DNA of 64,000 nucleotides from assembly GCA_951406725.2 (NCBI GenBank), contig OX597816.1, positions 173,476,001-173,540,000 on the forward strand. The letters are read 5' to 3'. Made by a program: the position numbers and the translations under genes. The DNA comes from Octopus vulgaris (taxonomy: Eukaryota). Below the pieces are notes generated by a model that saw only the letters and a list, made by a program, of their open reading frames with translations, did not search any database and was not told the DNA's origin. This document shows, piece after piece, positions 38,492 through 50,834 of this stretch. Position 1 is the first letter of the stretch, and every line of letters begins with the position of its first letter.

Positions 38492-38899
38492 TTTATATCA
38501 TTTTGAATTCACAGCCTAAGTTTTTCAAACTCATGTTGTTCCCTAGCAGACTGTTACTACTAGTAAGAGTGTATATGCATGTGCGTGTGTGTGTGTGTAT
38601 GTGTGTGTGTGTGTGTGAACATGTTTATGCATGTGTGTGTGCTTCTGTGTGTATTTATGTAAGGAAAAAGCAGGACCAGTAGAGTATCAGATATTTTTTT
38701 GTGGTATTTGGTAATATTCTAAAGGTCTGATCCACATTGTCTTTCACCTTCCCAAAACTGACCAAATATATATAGTGAATAAAATTACTTATTGCAATTG
38801 AGGTAACCATGTCCATAGTAGAAGATAAGTCCCAAAATGGCCATAATTCATTAAATGAAACCCATGAAAGAATTAAAGAATATGCTTGTTTATTTCAGA

Positions 38900-39102
38900 T
38901 CAATACAAAAATCAGGGAAGTTCATTCAAATAAAGATCCCCTGCAAACGTCTGAACATAAATTAACATCATCATCAAATACTTCAATCTGGGAAACAGCA
39001 TTTTCCAAATTTGCAGCAGAACCAAAGACAAAGTTACTCAAAATTCCTTCGGCAGTGGATAGCACAATGGAGACAGCAACAGAAATGGAAGAAGAATCTT
39101 AA
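38900..39102 (+). CDS. Candidate terminal coding exon (INTKIREVHSNKDPLQ..ATEMEEES*)
   Basis: TTGTTTATTTCAG acceptor, ~67 open codons of non-repetitive sequence ending TAA. No family recognised. Confidence 0.45.
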
Positions 39103-39179
39103 ATTTTGGTTGTGGGAAAATTAAAGTGTCAACTACAGGGAAGTATGGAGTATGTACATATGTGTGCGGCACATACGCA

Positions 39180-39184
39180 CGCAT

Positions 39185-39220
<36 letters not shown>

Positions 39221-39291
39221 ATGTGTCTTCTATATGTGTGTGTGTGTGTGTATTTATATGCACACACACACATATATATACAGCTCTCTCA

Positions 39292-39327
<36 letters not shown>

Positions 39328-39385
39328 GTGTGTGTGTATATATATATGCACACACACACATATATATACAGCTCTCTCTCTCTCA

Positions 39386-39417
<32 letters not shown>

Positions 39418-39448
39418 GTGTGTGTGTGTATATATTTATATATTTATA

Positions 39449-39502
<54 letters not shown>

Positions 39503-39511
39503 TATATATAC

Positions 39512-39559
<48 letters not shown>

Positions 39560-39625
39560 GTGTGTGTGTATATTTATATATATATATATGTGTGTGTATA
39601 TATATATATACACACACACACGTAT
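39180..39625. repeat. Higher-order compound microsatellite, ~3 units of (CA)n-TATATATACAG-(CT)n-(TA)n-(TG)n
   Basis: The anchor CATATATATACAGCTCTCTC recurs three times. Confidence 0.9.
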
Positions 39626-39901
39626 CTGTACACAAACAATATATGTGTGTCTGTGTGTTGAGACATATGTGTGAGTGTGTGGTGTTTTATGGTACAAATA
39701 GAAGAAATGGCATTGAATATGTGAATTTGATCATATATATTTATTGTTGTATTTTTTTGTTAGCTATAAAGGGACTGAAGGTTTCAAGTCATTGATATAA
39801 AATTACATCTATGAAATAAAGAAATATGTTACAATTCTATATTTGTGAGGTGAGGAATTTATATTATGTGCAGTTGTTCGTGGTTAATATTTAAATCTAA
39901 A

Positions 39902-40294
39902 TACTCTTTTACTCTTTTACTTGTTTCAGTCATTTGACTGTGGCCATGCTGGAGCACCGCTTTTAATCGAGCAACTCGACCCCGGGACTTATTCTTTTGT
40001 AAGCCCAGTACTTATTCTATCGGTCTCTTTTGCCGAACCGCTAAGTAACGGGGACATAAACACACCAGCATCGGTTGTCAAGCAATGCTAGAGAGACAAA
40101 CACAAACACATACACACACATACATATATACGACAGGCTTCTTTCAGTTTCCATCTACCAAATCCACTCACAAGGCATTGGTTGGCCTGGGGCTATAGCA
40201 GAAGACACTTGCCCAAGGTGCCACACAGTGGGACTGAACCCGGAACCATGTGGTGGGTTAGCAAGCTACTTACCACACAGCCACTCCTGCGCCT
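39902..40294 (-). mobile_element. SINE family A
   Basis: Sequence match. Confidence 0.9.
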
Positions 40295-40906
40295 GTTTTG
40301 AGACTGTTTTTACAAATAGCAAGCTTTATTTACAGATATCTGTCATTTAAATGTGAAAACATAGAAATGAATTGTTTACAACATCAAATAGGACAATAAA
40401 TAAAATGTAAACAGTTCGGTTGGCAAGAAGGCAATCCATATGAACCTACATGTTAAAGTGATGTGAATTAGGATAAGCACAATGTACTCTTCCATAGTAC
40501 ATACCTCATGTTGACACCTACACGCCAGACTGAACATGGTTTTATCTCCAGAGTGAATATTGCAAGTGATATTTAAACAATTAACAGTTCTTTGGCTTTT
40601 GTATTTGACGACTGTTGCTTTAAGTATTTTATTTCGATTTTCACTGATGTAACAACAGGATACACAACAGTAGTTTCAAATAAAAATAAAAATGGAAGTT
40701 TTAATCATCCAATGGACAGGCCATAAGGATTACAAAAATAGCGATTCTCACTTTGAAACTGAAAATTTTGAAAATCTTTTTAGGTTACGGAACACCCTGC
40801 TCTCTCAAGCATCCATATTTAAAATTTCAGCATGAGCGGATGAACAATCCTTGAGTTATAAGTGCACAAAAAACAGACAGACAGAATGGGATTTATATAT
40901 TAGATG

Positions 40907-40950
<44 letters not shown>

Positions 40951-40986
40951 CAGAGAGATTTTTATGTATATGTGTATGTATATGTA

Positions 40987-41029
<43 letters not shown>

Positions 41030-41032
41030 ATT

Positions 41033-42800
41033 ATCATCATCATCATCATTGTTTAATGTCTGTTTTCCATGCTAGCATGGGTTTGGTTTGACTGAGGTCT
41101 TGAGAGCCAGCAGCTGCACCAGGCTCCAATCTGATCTGGCAATATTTCTACAGCTGGATGCCATTCCTAATGCCAACCACTCATAGGGTGTAGTTGGTGC
41201 TTTCTATGTGCCACTGGCATGAGGGCCGGCCAGTCAGACAGGCCTGGCATTGATCATACTTGGATAGTGCTTTTTATGTGCCACTGGCATGGAGGCTAGT
41301 CAGGGCGTACTAGCATCGGCCACATTTGGTTGGTGCTTTTTACATGCCATCAGCGCTAGAGCCAGTCAGTGGGTACTGGCATCGGCCATGTACAGATGAT
41401 GCTTTTTATGTGCCACTGGCACAGGAGCCAGTCAGGCTGATTTGGCATCAACGGCATTTGGATGGTACTTTTTACGTGCCACTGGCACCAAAGCCAGTAA
41501 GTGGGTAGTGGTCACAGCTATGATAATGGTTTTACTTGACTCAACAGGTCTTCACAAACATATCATATCTCATATCACCTGATGCATCAGGAGTACTCTT
41601 AACTGGAACGGACATGCGTGACTGTGATCTCACTTTAGTTGCTGGGTCTTCTCAATCACAGCATATCACCAAAGGTCATGGTCTCCTGTCATTGCCTCTG
41701 TGAGGCCCAATGTTCAAAAGTCATGCTTCACCACCTCATCCCATGTCTTCTTGGATCTACCACTTCCACAGGTTCCTTCCACAGTTAGGGAGTGACACTT
41801 CCTCACATAGCTGTCCTCGTCTATAAGTAACTCATGACCATACCAGAGCACTTGTCTTTCTTGCACACCATATTTGATGCTTCTTACGCCCAACTTTTCT
41901 CTCAGGGCACTTACACTCTGTCATGTATGCACACTAACATTCACTGCTATGTAGCATGGCTGTTCACACACATGCATCATACAGTCTACCTTTCATCCTG
42001 AGTGAGAGGCCCTTAGTAACTAGCAGAGGTGGGAGCCCCTTGAACCTTACCTTGGCTATTCTTATTCTAGTCGCTACACTCTCAGAGCAACCACTTCCAC
42101 GACAGACCTGGTTGCCTAGGCAGCAGAAGCTATTAACCACTTCCAGTTTCTCCCCCTCCCCCAGCATGTGATGGAACCCAGTGTCTGCACATCTTCAGTG
42201 TTTATTGCCCCTATGCATCTGCCACACACAAAAACCATCTTCCTGGTCAACCTTCTTTTGACATTGCTGCACCTTTCATGTGTCCATATCTCACACCTGG
42301 TACATCGTATGAGCCTCCACACACGCCCCCTCTACAGATCAAGCAGGGCCATCTACCTGAAGTGGATAGTGGTTTGACAACCTTCCTACTTTTGCCAGGT
42401 TGACCCCGAGTTCTGGCAGTGACTCGGTTATTAGGGCAAGGCCACCAGCACAGAGGAACTCCCAAGGGCAGCCTGTCTTGAATTCTGTTATTGCCTGGAG
42501 GACCATAATGAATAAGAGGACCGTTCCTTGGTGAACCCCCACTTCTACTCAGAATTCCACACCATACTCGTTGCCAACCCTCACCCTACTGACAGCATCC
42601 CTGTACAGCTCCCACCAACCACTCATCCATCCCCAGTTTCCGCATTGACCACCTAATAAAGGATTGGGAGACCCTGTCAAAATCAACAAAAGCCAAGTAC
42701 AGAGGTTCGTACTTGGCTAGATACTTCTCTGGCAGTTGCCTTACCAGAAATATAGCATCAGTGGTGCTTCTGCCTGACACAAAACCAAACTGCATTAAGT
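41033..42800 (-). mobile_element. 5'-truncated RTE LINE (RT end, PHD-like finger, VNTR tail)
   Basis: MQFGFVSGRSTTDAIFLVRQL, GVHQG, CTRCEIWTHERC..CGRC, KGRLYDACV, five tail units and (CAT)n. Confidence 0.9.
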
Positions 42801-43100
42801 TGGTGACCATAAAGTGCTGCATTGATCGAAAGAGACAGTAGTCAGATGGAACAATATCTGGACTATAAGCTGGATGTGGCAGAACTTCAACACCATCCAA
42901 TTCTTCAATCTTGTTGCTGGTCTTTCTGGTGGTGTGTGGCTTTGCATTGTCTTGTTGAAACAAAGTGCATTTTCAATGAACAAGTCTTGGGTACTTTTCA
43001 ACCAGCATATCATAGACTCAATCAAGTTGCTTGCAGTAAAGTTCAGCTTTGATGATGTGACCATCCAGCACAAGTTTGGTGCACAAACTTTTTCCTCAAC
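42801..43100 (-). mobile_element. Mariner transposase C-terminal fragment
   Basis: FQQDNAKPHT..LPHPAYSPDIVPSDYCLFRSMQHF. Confidence 0.9.
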
Positions 43101-43109
43101 CCAATATAT

Positions 43110-43703
43110 TGAAAACATCAGGGCATCCAATGGTAAAACCCAATAGTATAAAATATACACATATATATGAATACAAAAGTGATGAAACCTAAAATGCTAA
43201 TATGAGTGAAGTCGAGTGAAAAAAATGCATGGATTAAATTAATACATATTAAAAGTGACTAAAAATATAAAGCAATGAAACTAAAATAATATAAATATAA
43301 ATAAAGGATGAAGTGATAACCAGAAAAGAGTTGATCGATAGACAACCAGAAATGTGAGACTTTTTGAGAATATTCTCCTGACAAAAAGGTCATTGCCTTT
43401 GGATTTCTTTATTAGTTTTTTGCATTAATAAAGTGTGGCAACATCTTTTGAAACAATCGTTGAGATGGATTTTGAATAGACTCTTTTCTGGTTATCGCTT
43501 TGTCCTTTATTTATATTTATTTTATTTTAGTTTGATTGCCTTATATTTTTAATCGCTTTTATTATGCATTAATTTAATCCATATATTTTTCTTCATTCAA
43601 CTTCACTCATATCACCGTTTTAGGTTCAATCACCTTTTGTATTTGTATATATGTGTACATTTTATACTATGGGGTTTTTCCATTGAATGCCCTGATGTTT
43701 TTG
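43110..43703. repeat. Inverted repeat, ~220-bp diverged arms with ~150-bp spacer
   Basis: AAAACATCAGGGCAT..GATAACCAGAAAAGAGT pairs with ACTCTTTTCTGGTTATC..ATGCCCTGATGTTTT. Confidence 0.85.
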
Positions 43704-43869
43704 ATATATATATTTATGTTCAATTTAGGATAATATGGGAATGTTATAAAGTTGTTTTGACCAACTGGAGCAGTTATTCATTATACCTTTCAATTTATTT
43801 TTCCTTTCATCTCAATATTACCTGAGCACTTCTGTCTGCAGTCCTATTTTTATTCTTCAGTGTAACGAA

Positions 43870-43907
43870 ATTACTTTTCAGTTTAATGATATTATAAACT
43901 TATCTTC

Positions 43908-43945
<38 letters not shown>

Positions 43946-44074
43946 ACACACGATATATTCTGTATGCATCCTTCAAAGAAAAATATTAAACATAGTTTGG
44001 TAAGCTCATGAAGAAGTTCTTAATATATAACCAAATACTCAGAATTGCATATCAACTAAAGGCTAGAACTGAAA
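43870..44074 (+). repeat. ~200-bp segment duplicated at 46780-46975
   Basis: ATTACTTTTCAGTTTAAT..GTAAGCTCATGAAGAAGTTCTTAATATATAACCAAAT..TAGAACT appears in both places. Confidence 0.9.
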
Positions 44075-44147
44075 CATATATGTAGGTTTTTTTCACATTT
44101 CCCATTTTCTTTTTGAGCTTTACAGCTTATAATTTATTTGTATTGTT

Positions 44148-44400
44148 ATCATCATCATCATCATCATCATCGTTTAACGTCCGTTTTCCGCGCTAGCACG
44201 GGTTGGACGGTTTCGACCGGGGTCTGGGGAGCTCGGGACTGCCCCAGGCTCCAGTCTAGTCTGGCAGTGTTTCTACAGCTGGATGCCCTTCCTAACGCCA
44301 ACCACTCCGCGAGTGTAGTGGGTGTTTTTTACGTGCCACCTGCACAGGTGCCAGAGGGGTCTGGCATCGGCCACGTTCGGATGGTGCTTTTTATGTGGGG
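44148..44400 (-). mobile_element. RTE 3'-tail element
   Basis: (CAT)n followed by the tail motif. Confidence 0.8.
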
Positions 44401-44884
44401 GGGGGGTATAGAAATATATAGGGGAGCACCAGTGGGGAGGGGTGGTTCAGAGAAATGATGACAGGTTCTAGGCAAGTAGAACGTAGGATATCAAGAGAGG
44501 GGTAATGCATGGTGAAATAGCGTGCTGAAGAGGGGGTTCGAAGAGTAGACACCTATAATGGTGGTGGGAGAAGCGACATCCGGTATAGATGGAACAAAAA
44601 TATAGAGATATCCGGTATTGGTGGTGGGGGTGGGCAAGGGCGGGTGCACCGGGAATATGCGAAGGTTGAACTTTAGAGAAACGGGCGGGAATGGCGATGT
44701 TTTTTAGGGTGGCATGTAGAGAGAAAAGGAAAGCAAAGCAGATTGGTGGTTATAAAAAAAAATTTCAACATCTTTATATGTTGTTCTCAGAAATCGGACT
44801 TTGAAGATAATGTCTGCTATGGTTCCACTTGTTTGTTATAACTGCAAAACATATATACACACAGCACACATCATCATCATCGTA

Positions 44885-45082
44885 TTCTTTCAATTTGTTT
44901 CAGTCATTTGACTGCGGCCATGCTGGAGCACCGCCTTTAATCGAGCAACTCGACCCCGGGACTTATTCTTTTGTAAGCCCAGTACTTATTCTATCGGTCT
45001 CTTTTGCCGAACCGCTAAGTGACGGGGACATAAACACACCAGCATCGGTTGTCAAGCAATGCTAGGGGGAGGACAAACACAG

Positions 45083-45139
<57 letters not shown>

Positions 45140-45195
45140 CATACATATATACGACGGGCTTCTTTTCAGTTTCCGTCTACCAAATCCAATCACAA
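44885..45195 (-). mobile_element. SINE family A, 5'-truncated
   Basis: Sequence match, lacking the head. Confidence 0.88.
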
Positions 45196-47370
45196 TTAAA
45201 TTATTTATACCATTTTTTTCCATTTACTTTCTTTCAATATTAATAATATGTATTGCTACAATAATCCCTAACACATCGCAGACACTTTCTCATTATATGA
45301 TAGAGACTGACCAGTGGAATATGATAATGATGGTAGTATATTCATATATACTTACACGCACACACATATATGTATGTATGCATGCATGCATGAGAAGGAG
45401 AGAGTTGGGTTCCAAAGATGTCTTCAGATTGTTAAAGATGTTTCATTTCTGCATTGATATACAGTGAAAGACATTACTTCCCCACTTCAATTATTGATAA
45501 TCCAAAGGCCACGTATAACTCAAATAATGTCTTTCACTGATGAGCTTTAACTTCATAGAAACATATGTCCAACAGTCCAATAACATCACTCAAAGCCTAG
45601 CTTGATGTGGTCTTGCACACATAATATCTGTGCCAAAAATGCAATGTTTTGAGTGAGATGTCGTTCATCTGCATATCTCAGAGGAGAGTAACTTCAAATA
45701 ACAATGGACTCAAATCATAATAAGGTATCCAACCTTTGTCAGCATGGAAAGCAGATGTAAAAATGAGGATAATAACTGATGTCAATAAAAAAAAAAACAA
45801 TATATTTACATTTTCATCTCAGGCTCACTTGCTACGAGCATAATGTAAATGAAAGATGCTTCAAGATTCTTCTCAGCATCTTTTCCTAATCATATAGTTA
45901 TCCTACTTATGCCAAACTGGTTGGTACTTCTACTCCTTGTTATAAGCCATAATGGTCTTTCTTGTACATTTTACGTGTGAGAGTCTTGCTTCATACTTTT
46001 AGTTATAGTTCTTTTATCTTTGCTTCAATTGGTCATCATTGTTGATATTGTTTAGGCTCAAGTTCTTATCAAGAAACCCTATGATCAAAATAGTCAAGCC
46101 ATGATCAGCCTATTTTTTCTATCTTTTATGAATAGTGCATTCCAAACTACATTATTCAATGTGTACTTTAAAAAGGTAGGGTATGGTTTGGAGGAAATAT
46201 GGCTGCTATTTCTAGCACACTGAATGACCACACAAGCTCTTTCATTTGCTTGTTACTGCTGTGGCTGTTATTGCATATCTCTGCCCAATCTTCTCTACCT
46301 CACTAAACATATGCATGGTGATAAATATTTTGAAACAACTATTCCACAAAAATTTTTTTTAATAATTTGCACATCCATCTTAAATTAGATGTGTTGTCTA
46401 GATCCAATTTAAGTTGGATGTACTAATTATTATTCATTACAAATGCTGCTTCTATTGCTAATTCTTTCTTAATTATTCAAGAACTTTAATGAGCAGTACT
46501 TAACAACAGCTTGGTAGCATTCTTAAAAATGAGATAAAGCTACACCTAAATATCTGATAACCAACCTGGCAGTTGGATGAACTGATGCGTGTAGAATTAA
46601 GTGTATTGATCAAATATGTAACAAAATACCTACACTGGATTAGGACTCAAGACCTACAGTTTGGCAGTTGAAGTATGCTGAAGCTATTGTTTTATCATCA
46701 TCAAAACTCTTTTGCATGATTAGAGGTTCTTATAATGGCCCAATAAAGGTTGGCAAAATAGGCTTAAAAAGTTCCCATCATTACTTTTCAGTTTAATATT
46801 ATAAACTTATCTTCATATATATATATATATATGTGTGTGTGTGTATACACATGATATATTCTGTATGCATCCTTCAATGAAAAATCTTAAACATAGTTCC
46901 GTAAGCTCATGAAGAAGTTCTTAATATATAACCAAATGCTCAGAATTGCCTATCAACTAAAAGTTAGAACTAAAAGTTTCCATCATTATTCCATATTAAT
47001 TTATACTATACTAATATGTGGATCCAGTCACCAAATATAACTGCAGTTATTTGAATGTACATGTACATAAGAGGTTTTGTTTTATAAATAGTTCATTCCT
47101 ACATATCAGGAATCATATTAGTTGTGATTTTGTGGTGAGTTCTGATCTTTTCAAAGGGGGTCTTATCAGTTTGTAAATGACAAAAATCTGACATTTTCAT
47201 GTAGATAATAATCAGGTGCTTGATAAGGAAGTTACAGTGTTGCCAGGCACACACAGAAAATTACTATGCCAACCAGTCAGATTGATCATTCGATTTCCAA
47301 CAAAAAGCTGCCAAATATCCTTCAGATCACAACCTGCCTTCATGAATAAGGAGACTGAACATTAGATAAT

Positions 47371-49060
47371 ACTAACAGATATACCCGGCATTGCTTGGGA
47401 TTAAAATGACATAGTTTGTATGTATATATATATATATATCATTTTTTTCATCATCACCATTTAGCATCCGCTTTCCGGTGATGATGAAAAAAAATGATAT
47501 ATATATATATACATACAAACTATGTCATTTTAATCCCAAGCAATGCTGGGTATTAAAATGACATAGTTTGTATGTATATATATATGGATAGTTATGTTGA
47601 AACGTGATACAGGAGATGACAAAACATTTGTGGAGTAAATGATGGGCTAATTTGACTAAGCAACATGTCATGCATCCATTTGGAGGATTCCAAGCCCTAA
47701 CCTATCATGGAAAATTGGAGTGGGGTGTGATTTTTGAATGTGTTGAATGCAATTGGCGCTGTGTCTAATACAACTTTATTGTATGGTTGACAGTTGAATG
47801 AATGTAAATGTAATGGAGGTATTGTGCGTAAATGGGTACATTCCAGAAAGGGACTGCATTGGGAGACTGCAATGGGGAAGTGAACTGTTGAATTGCTGGA
47901 GTGTTGCAGAAGGTGAAGAGTTTACTTTGGATTGCTGGTGTGGCTGTAGAATAATAAACACAAAGTGAGCCTATGCAGTCACATGAGAACATGTAGTAAC
48001 GAAAAAATAAGGCGTAATGGCTTACCATGTTGTTGGTGGGAGTAATTGGAGAATATGCTTTGATATCGAAGTCCATGCAGGAAACTGCTTTGTTGGTGCA
48101 GTCTTTGGGTTTGTTGGTATTATGCTGGAATGGTATCTATCTTCACCATTCACAAAGAGTAGTGGATACTGGAGTACATCGTAGAATGTAGTAATTTCTA
48201 CAAAACATCTTGATAAACAACGTTCTTTGTTTTCCCTTGTAGAACAAATAGATTTTTTTGCTTCCCAATCTAGAGCAGCCAACATTTAATTGCTCGTGTG
48301 AGAAGCATGACTCTTTCAAGTGAAGTTCTGCCACAGACAGTATCTGACCCTGGGATTTATTGATAGACATTGCGAAGCTGATACGTATAAGACATTGCAC
48401 TCTTCTGAATGAAAAAGGAATTTATGCTCCCAATGGAATGAGAGGAATTCTGGGTATAAAAACATCTCCTTTTCCTCACTCAAAGAGAATGGTAGCCTCA
48501 ATAACATGTGGCATCATTTTTTTTTACCACTAGGCATGTCCCATTGCAGAGTGTTGGTGGATCCAAATTCCTCATAACATTACTGTAGTTCCAATCTGTG
48601 GAGGCTCCAATGAATTAAGAAATTTCTGTCAGATGATTTACCACCTCTTCTGGATCTGGGATTGTAACAACAGACTTATAGATGTGAGGACTTCTAGTAA
48701 GGTACTGCAGCAGCTACTCATTAATTTTATCTACAGTGCTGTTTTTTGGAGCCAGTATTGCTCTTTCCCACAGCAAACTGAGGTTGTGATAATTTTTTGA
48801 CCAATGGATGTAAGGAAGACAATCAATTTCTGAAAGTTACTTTGCAAAGAGTTACCTCCCTTCTCCATGTAACCCAGGAATGGGTATTTTCCGCTCCTAG
48901 AGGGCCTGTTACTCATTATGTGAAAAAATTTAAGTGTCTAAAACTATCTTTGGAATATAAGTAATGTATGTTTCCAAGTTGGAGAAATGAGTTGTAAACT
49001 TCAGAAGTTATCCAGGTTTACTCACACACACAACCACCTCACTTATATATATATACATAT
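47371..49060 (-). mobile_element. Non-autonomous Helitron with PIF1 helicase and Rep fragments
   Basis: FAMSINKSQGQ..CFSHEQLNVGCSRLG and FLNSLEPP (PIF1), YDVLQYPLLF (Rep region). Minus-strand 3' end CCCAAGCAATGCCGGGTATATCTGTTAGT resembles hairpin plus CTAG. Confidence 0.85.
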
Positions 49061-49072
49061 ATATATATATAT

Positions 49073-50760
49073 CATCATCATCATTTAATGTCCGCTTTCC
49101 ATGCTGGCATGGGTTGGAAGATTTGACTGAGGTCTGGCGAACCAGACTCTAATCTGATCTGGCAGAGTTTCTATAGCAGGATGCCCTTCCTAACACCAAC
49201 CACTCCGAGAGTGTAGTGGGTGCTTTTACATGCCATTGGCACAAAGGCCAGCTTGTTGCTCTGCCAATGATCTCACTCATGTGGTACTCTTAGTGCTCCA
49301 CTAGCAACGGATGCCAGTCACCGAATTTGATTTCGACTTCGATTTCACTTGCCTGAATAGGTCTTCGCAAGCAGAGTTTAGTGTCCAATGAAGAAAAGGC
49401 ACGGATAAGTGGACTGGTTACACCCCTAGCATAGGCCACAAGGTTATGGTCACACTTGCGCTTGCCGAGTTTTCTGCAGCACAGCATATTTTCAGAGGTC
49501 CTGGTCACTAGTCATTGCCTCGATGAGGCCCAATGTTTGAAGGTCATGCTTCATCACCTCATCCCAGGTCTTCCTGTTCCACAGGTTCCCTCAACTGCTA
49601 GGATGTGGCACTTTTTCACACAGCTATCCACATCCATTCTCGCCACATGACCATACCAGCGCAATCATCTCTCTTGCACACCACATCTGATGCTTCTTAG
49701 GTCCAACCTTTCTCTCAGGGCTCTAACACTCTGTCGAGTATGCACACTGACATTACTCATCCATCGCATGCTGGCTTCATTCCTTGCAAGCTTACACATA
49801 TCCTCAGCAGTCACGGCCCATGTTTCACTGCCATGTAGCATGGTTGTTCGTAGCATGGTTGTTGCCTGCCATGTAGCATGGTTGTTGCCTGCCTTACTAC
49901 TTATTAGGACTTTGGTTTTAGCTAGGTTGACTCTGAGGCCCTTCGATTCTAATCCTTGTTTCACCACCTGAAACTTCTCTAGTTCTGTTAGTGACTCAGC
50001 AATTAGAGCAAGGTCATCAACATATAGGAGCTCCCAGGGGCATCCTTTCTTGAATTCCTCTGTTATTGCCTGGAGGACTATGATAAATAGGAGGGGGCTG
50101 AGGACTGAACCTTGGTGGACCCCTACCTCTACCCTGAATTCTTCACTGTACTCGTTGCCAACCCTCACCTTACTGACAGTGTCCCTGTACATGGCTTGTA
50201 CAGCTCTCACTAACCATTCATCTATCCCTAGTTTCCTCATTGACCACCAGATAAGGGATCGAGGGACCCTGTTGAAGGCTTTCTCCATGTCAACGAAAGC
50301 CAGGTACAGGGGCTTATCTTTGGCTAGGTATTTCTCCCGCAGCTGTCTAACCAGAAATATAGCATCAGTGGTGCTTTTCCCTGGCACGAAACCAAACTGC
50401 ATCTCATTCAAATTGACTCTCTCCCTAATTAGTTGGGCTATGACCCTCTCCGTGATCTTCATTACCTGATCAAAGTGCTTGATACCTCTGTAATTATTTG
50501 TATCTAAGGCATCACCTTTTCCTTTGTAGCAGTTGACTATGGTGCTGCTACACCAGTCATTGGGTATGGCTCCCTCATGTATCACCTGGTTAACTATACT
50601 GGTGACCAGGCTAATGCCGACACTGCCAGATATTTTGAGCATCTCTGCAGTAATTCCTGATGGGCTGGGGGCTTTTCCTGTCTTCATACTCTTAATTGCT
50701 TTAACTACCAAGGTACTGTCAACTCGGATAGCTGGTCCCTCTGTTGGGTCGACATTCGGC
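49073..50760 (-). mobile_element. 5'-truncated RTE LINE with an open RT domain
   Basis: MKTGKAPSPSGITAEML..NYRGI..MQFGFVPGKSTTDAIF..GVHQGSVLSPLLF..LLYVDDL runs with no stops. PHD region deleted, tail present. Confidence 0.95.
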
Positions 50761-50765
50761 AGATA

Positions 50766-50827
<62 letters not shown>

Positions 50828-50834
<7 letters not shown>

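Noticed and set aside
39106-39795. 229-aa and overlapping ORFs
   Set aside because: Dinucleotide microsatellite translations.
41150-41510. Palindromic repeats with variable spacers as a CRISPR array
   Set aside because: The spacers are homologous to one another. It is the tandem VNTR of a LINE tail.
42586-42963. Mariner-RT fusion protein ORF
   Set aside because: Chance in-frame junction of two truncated fossils. Both domains are partial and the RT frameshifts soon after.
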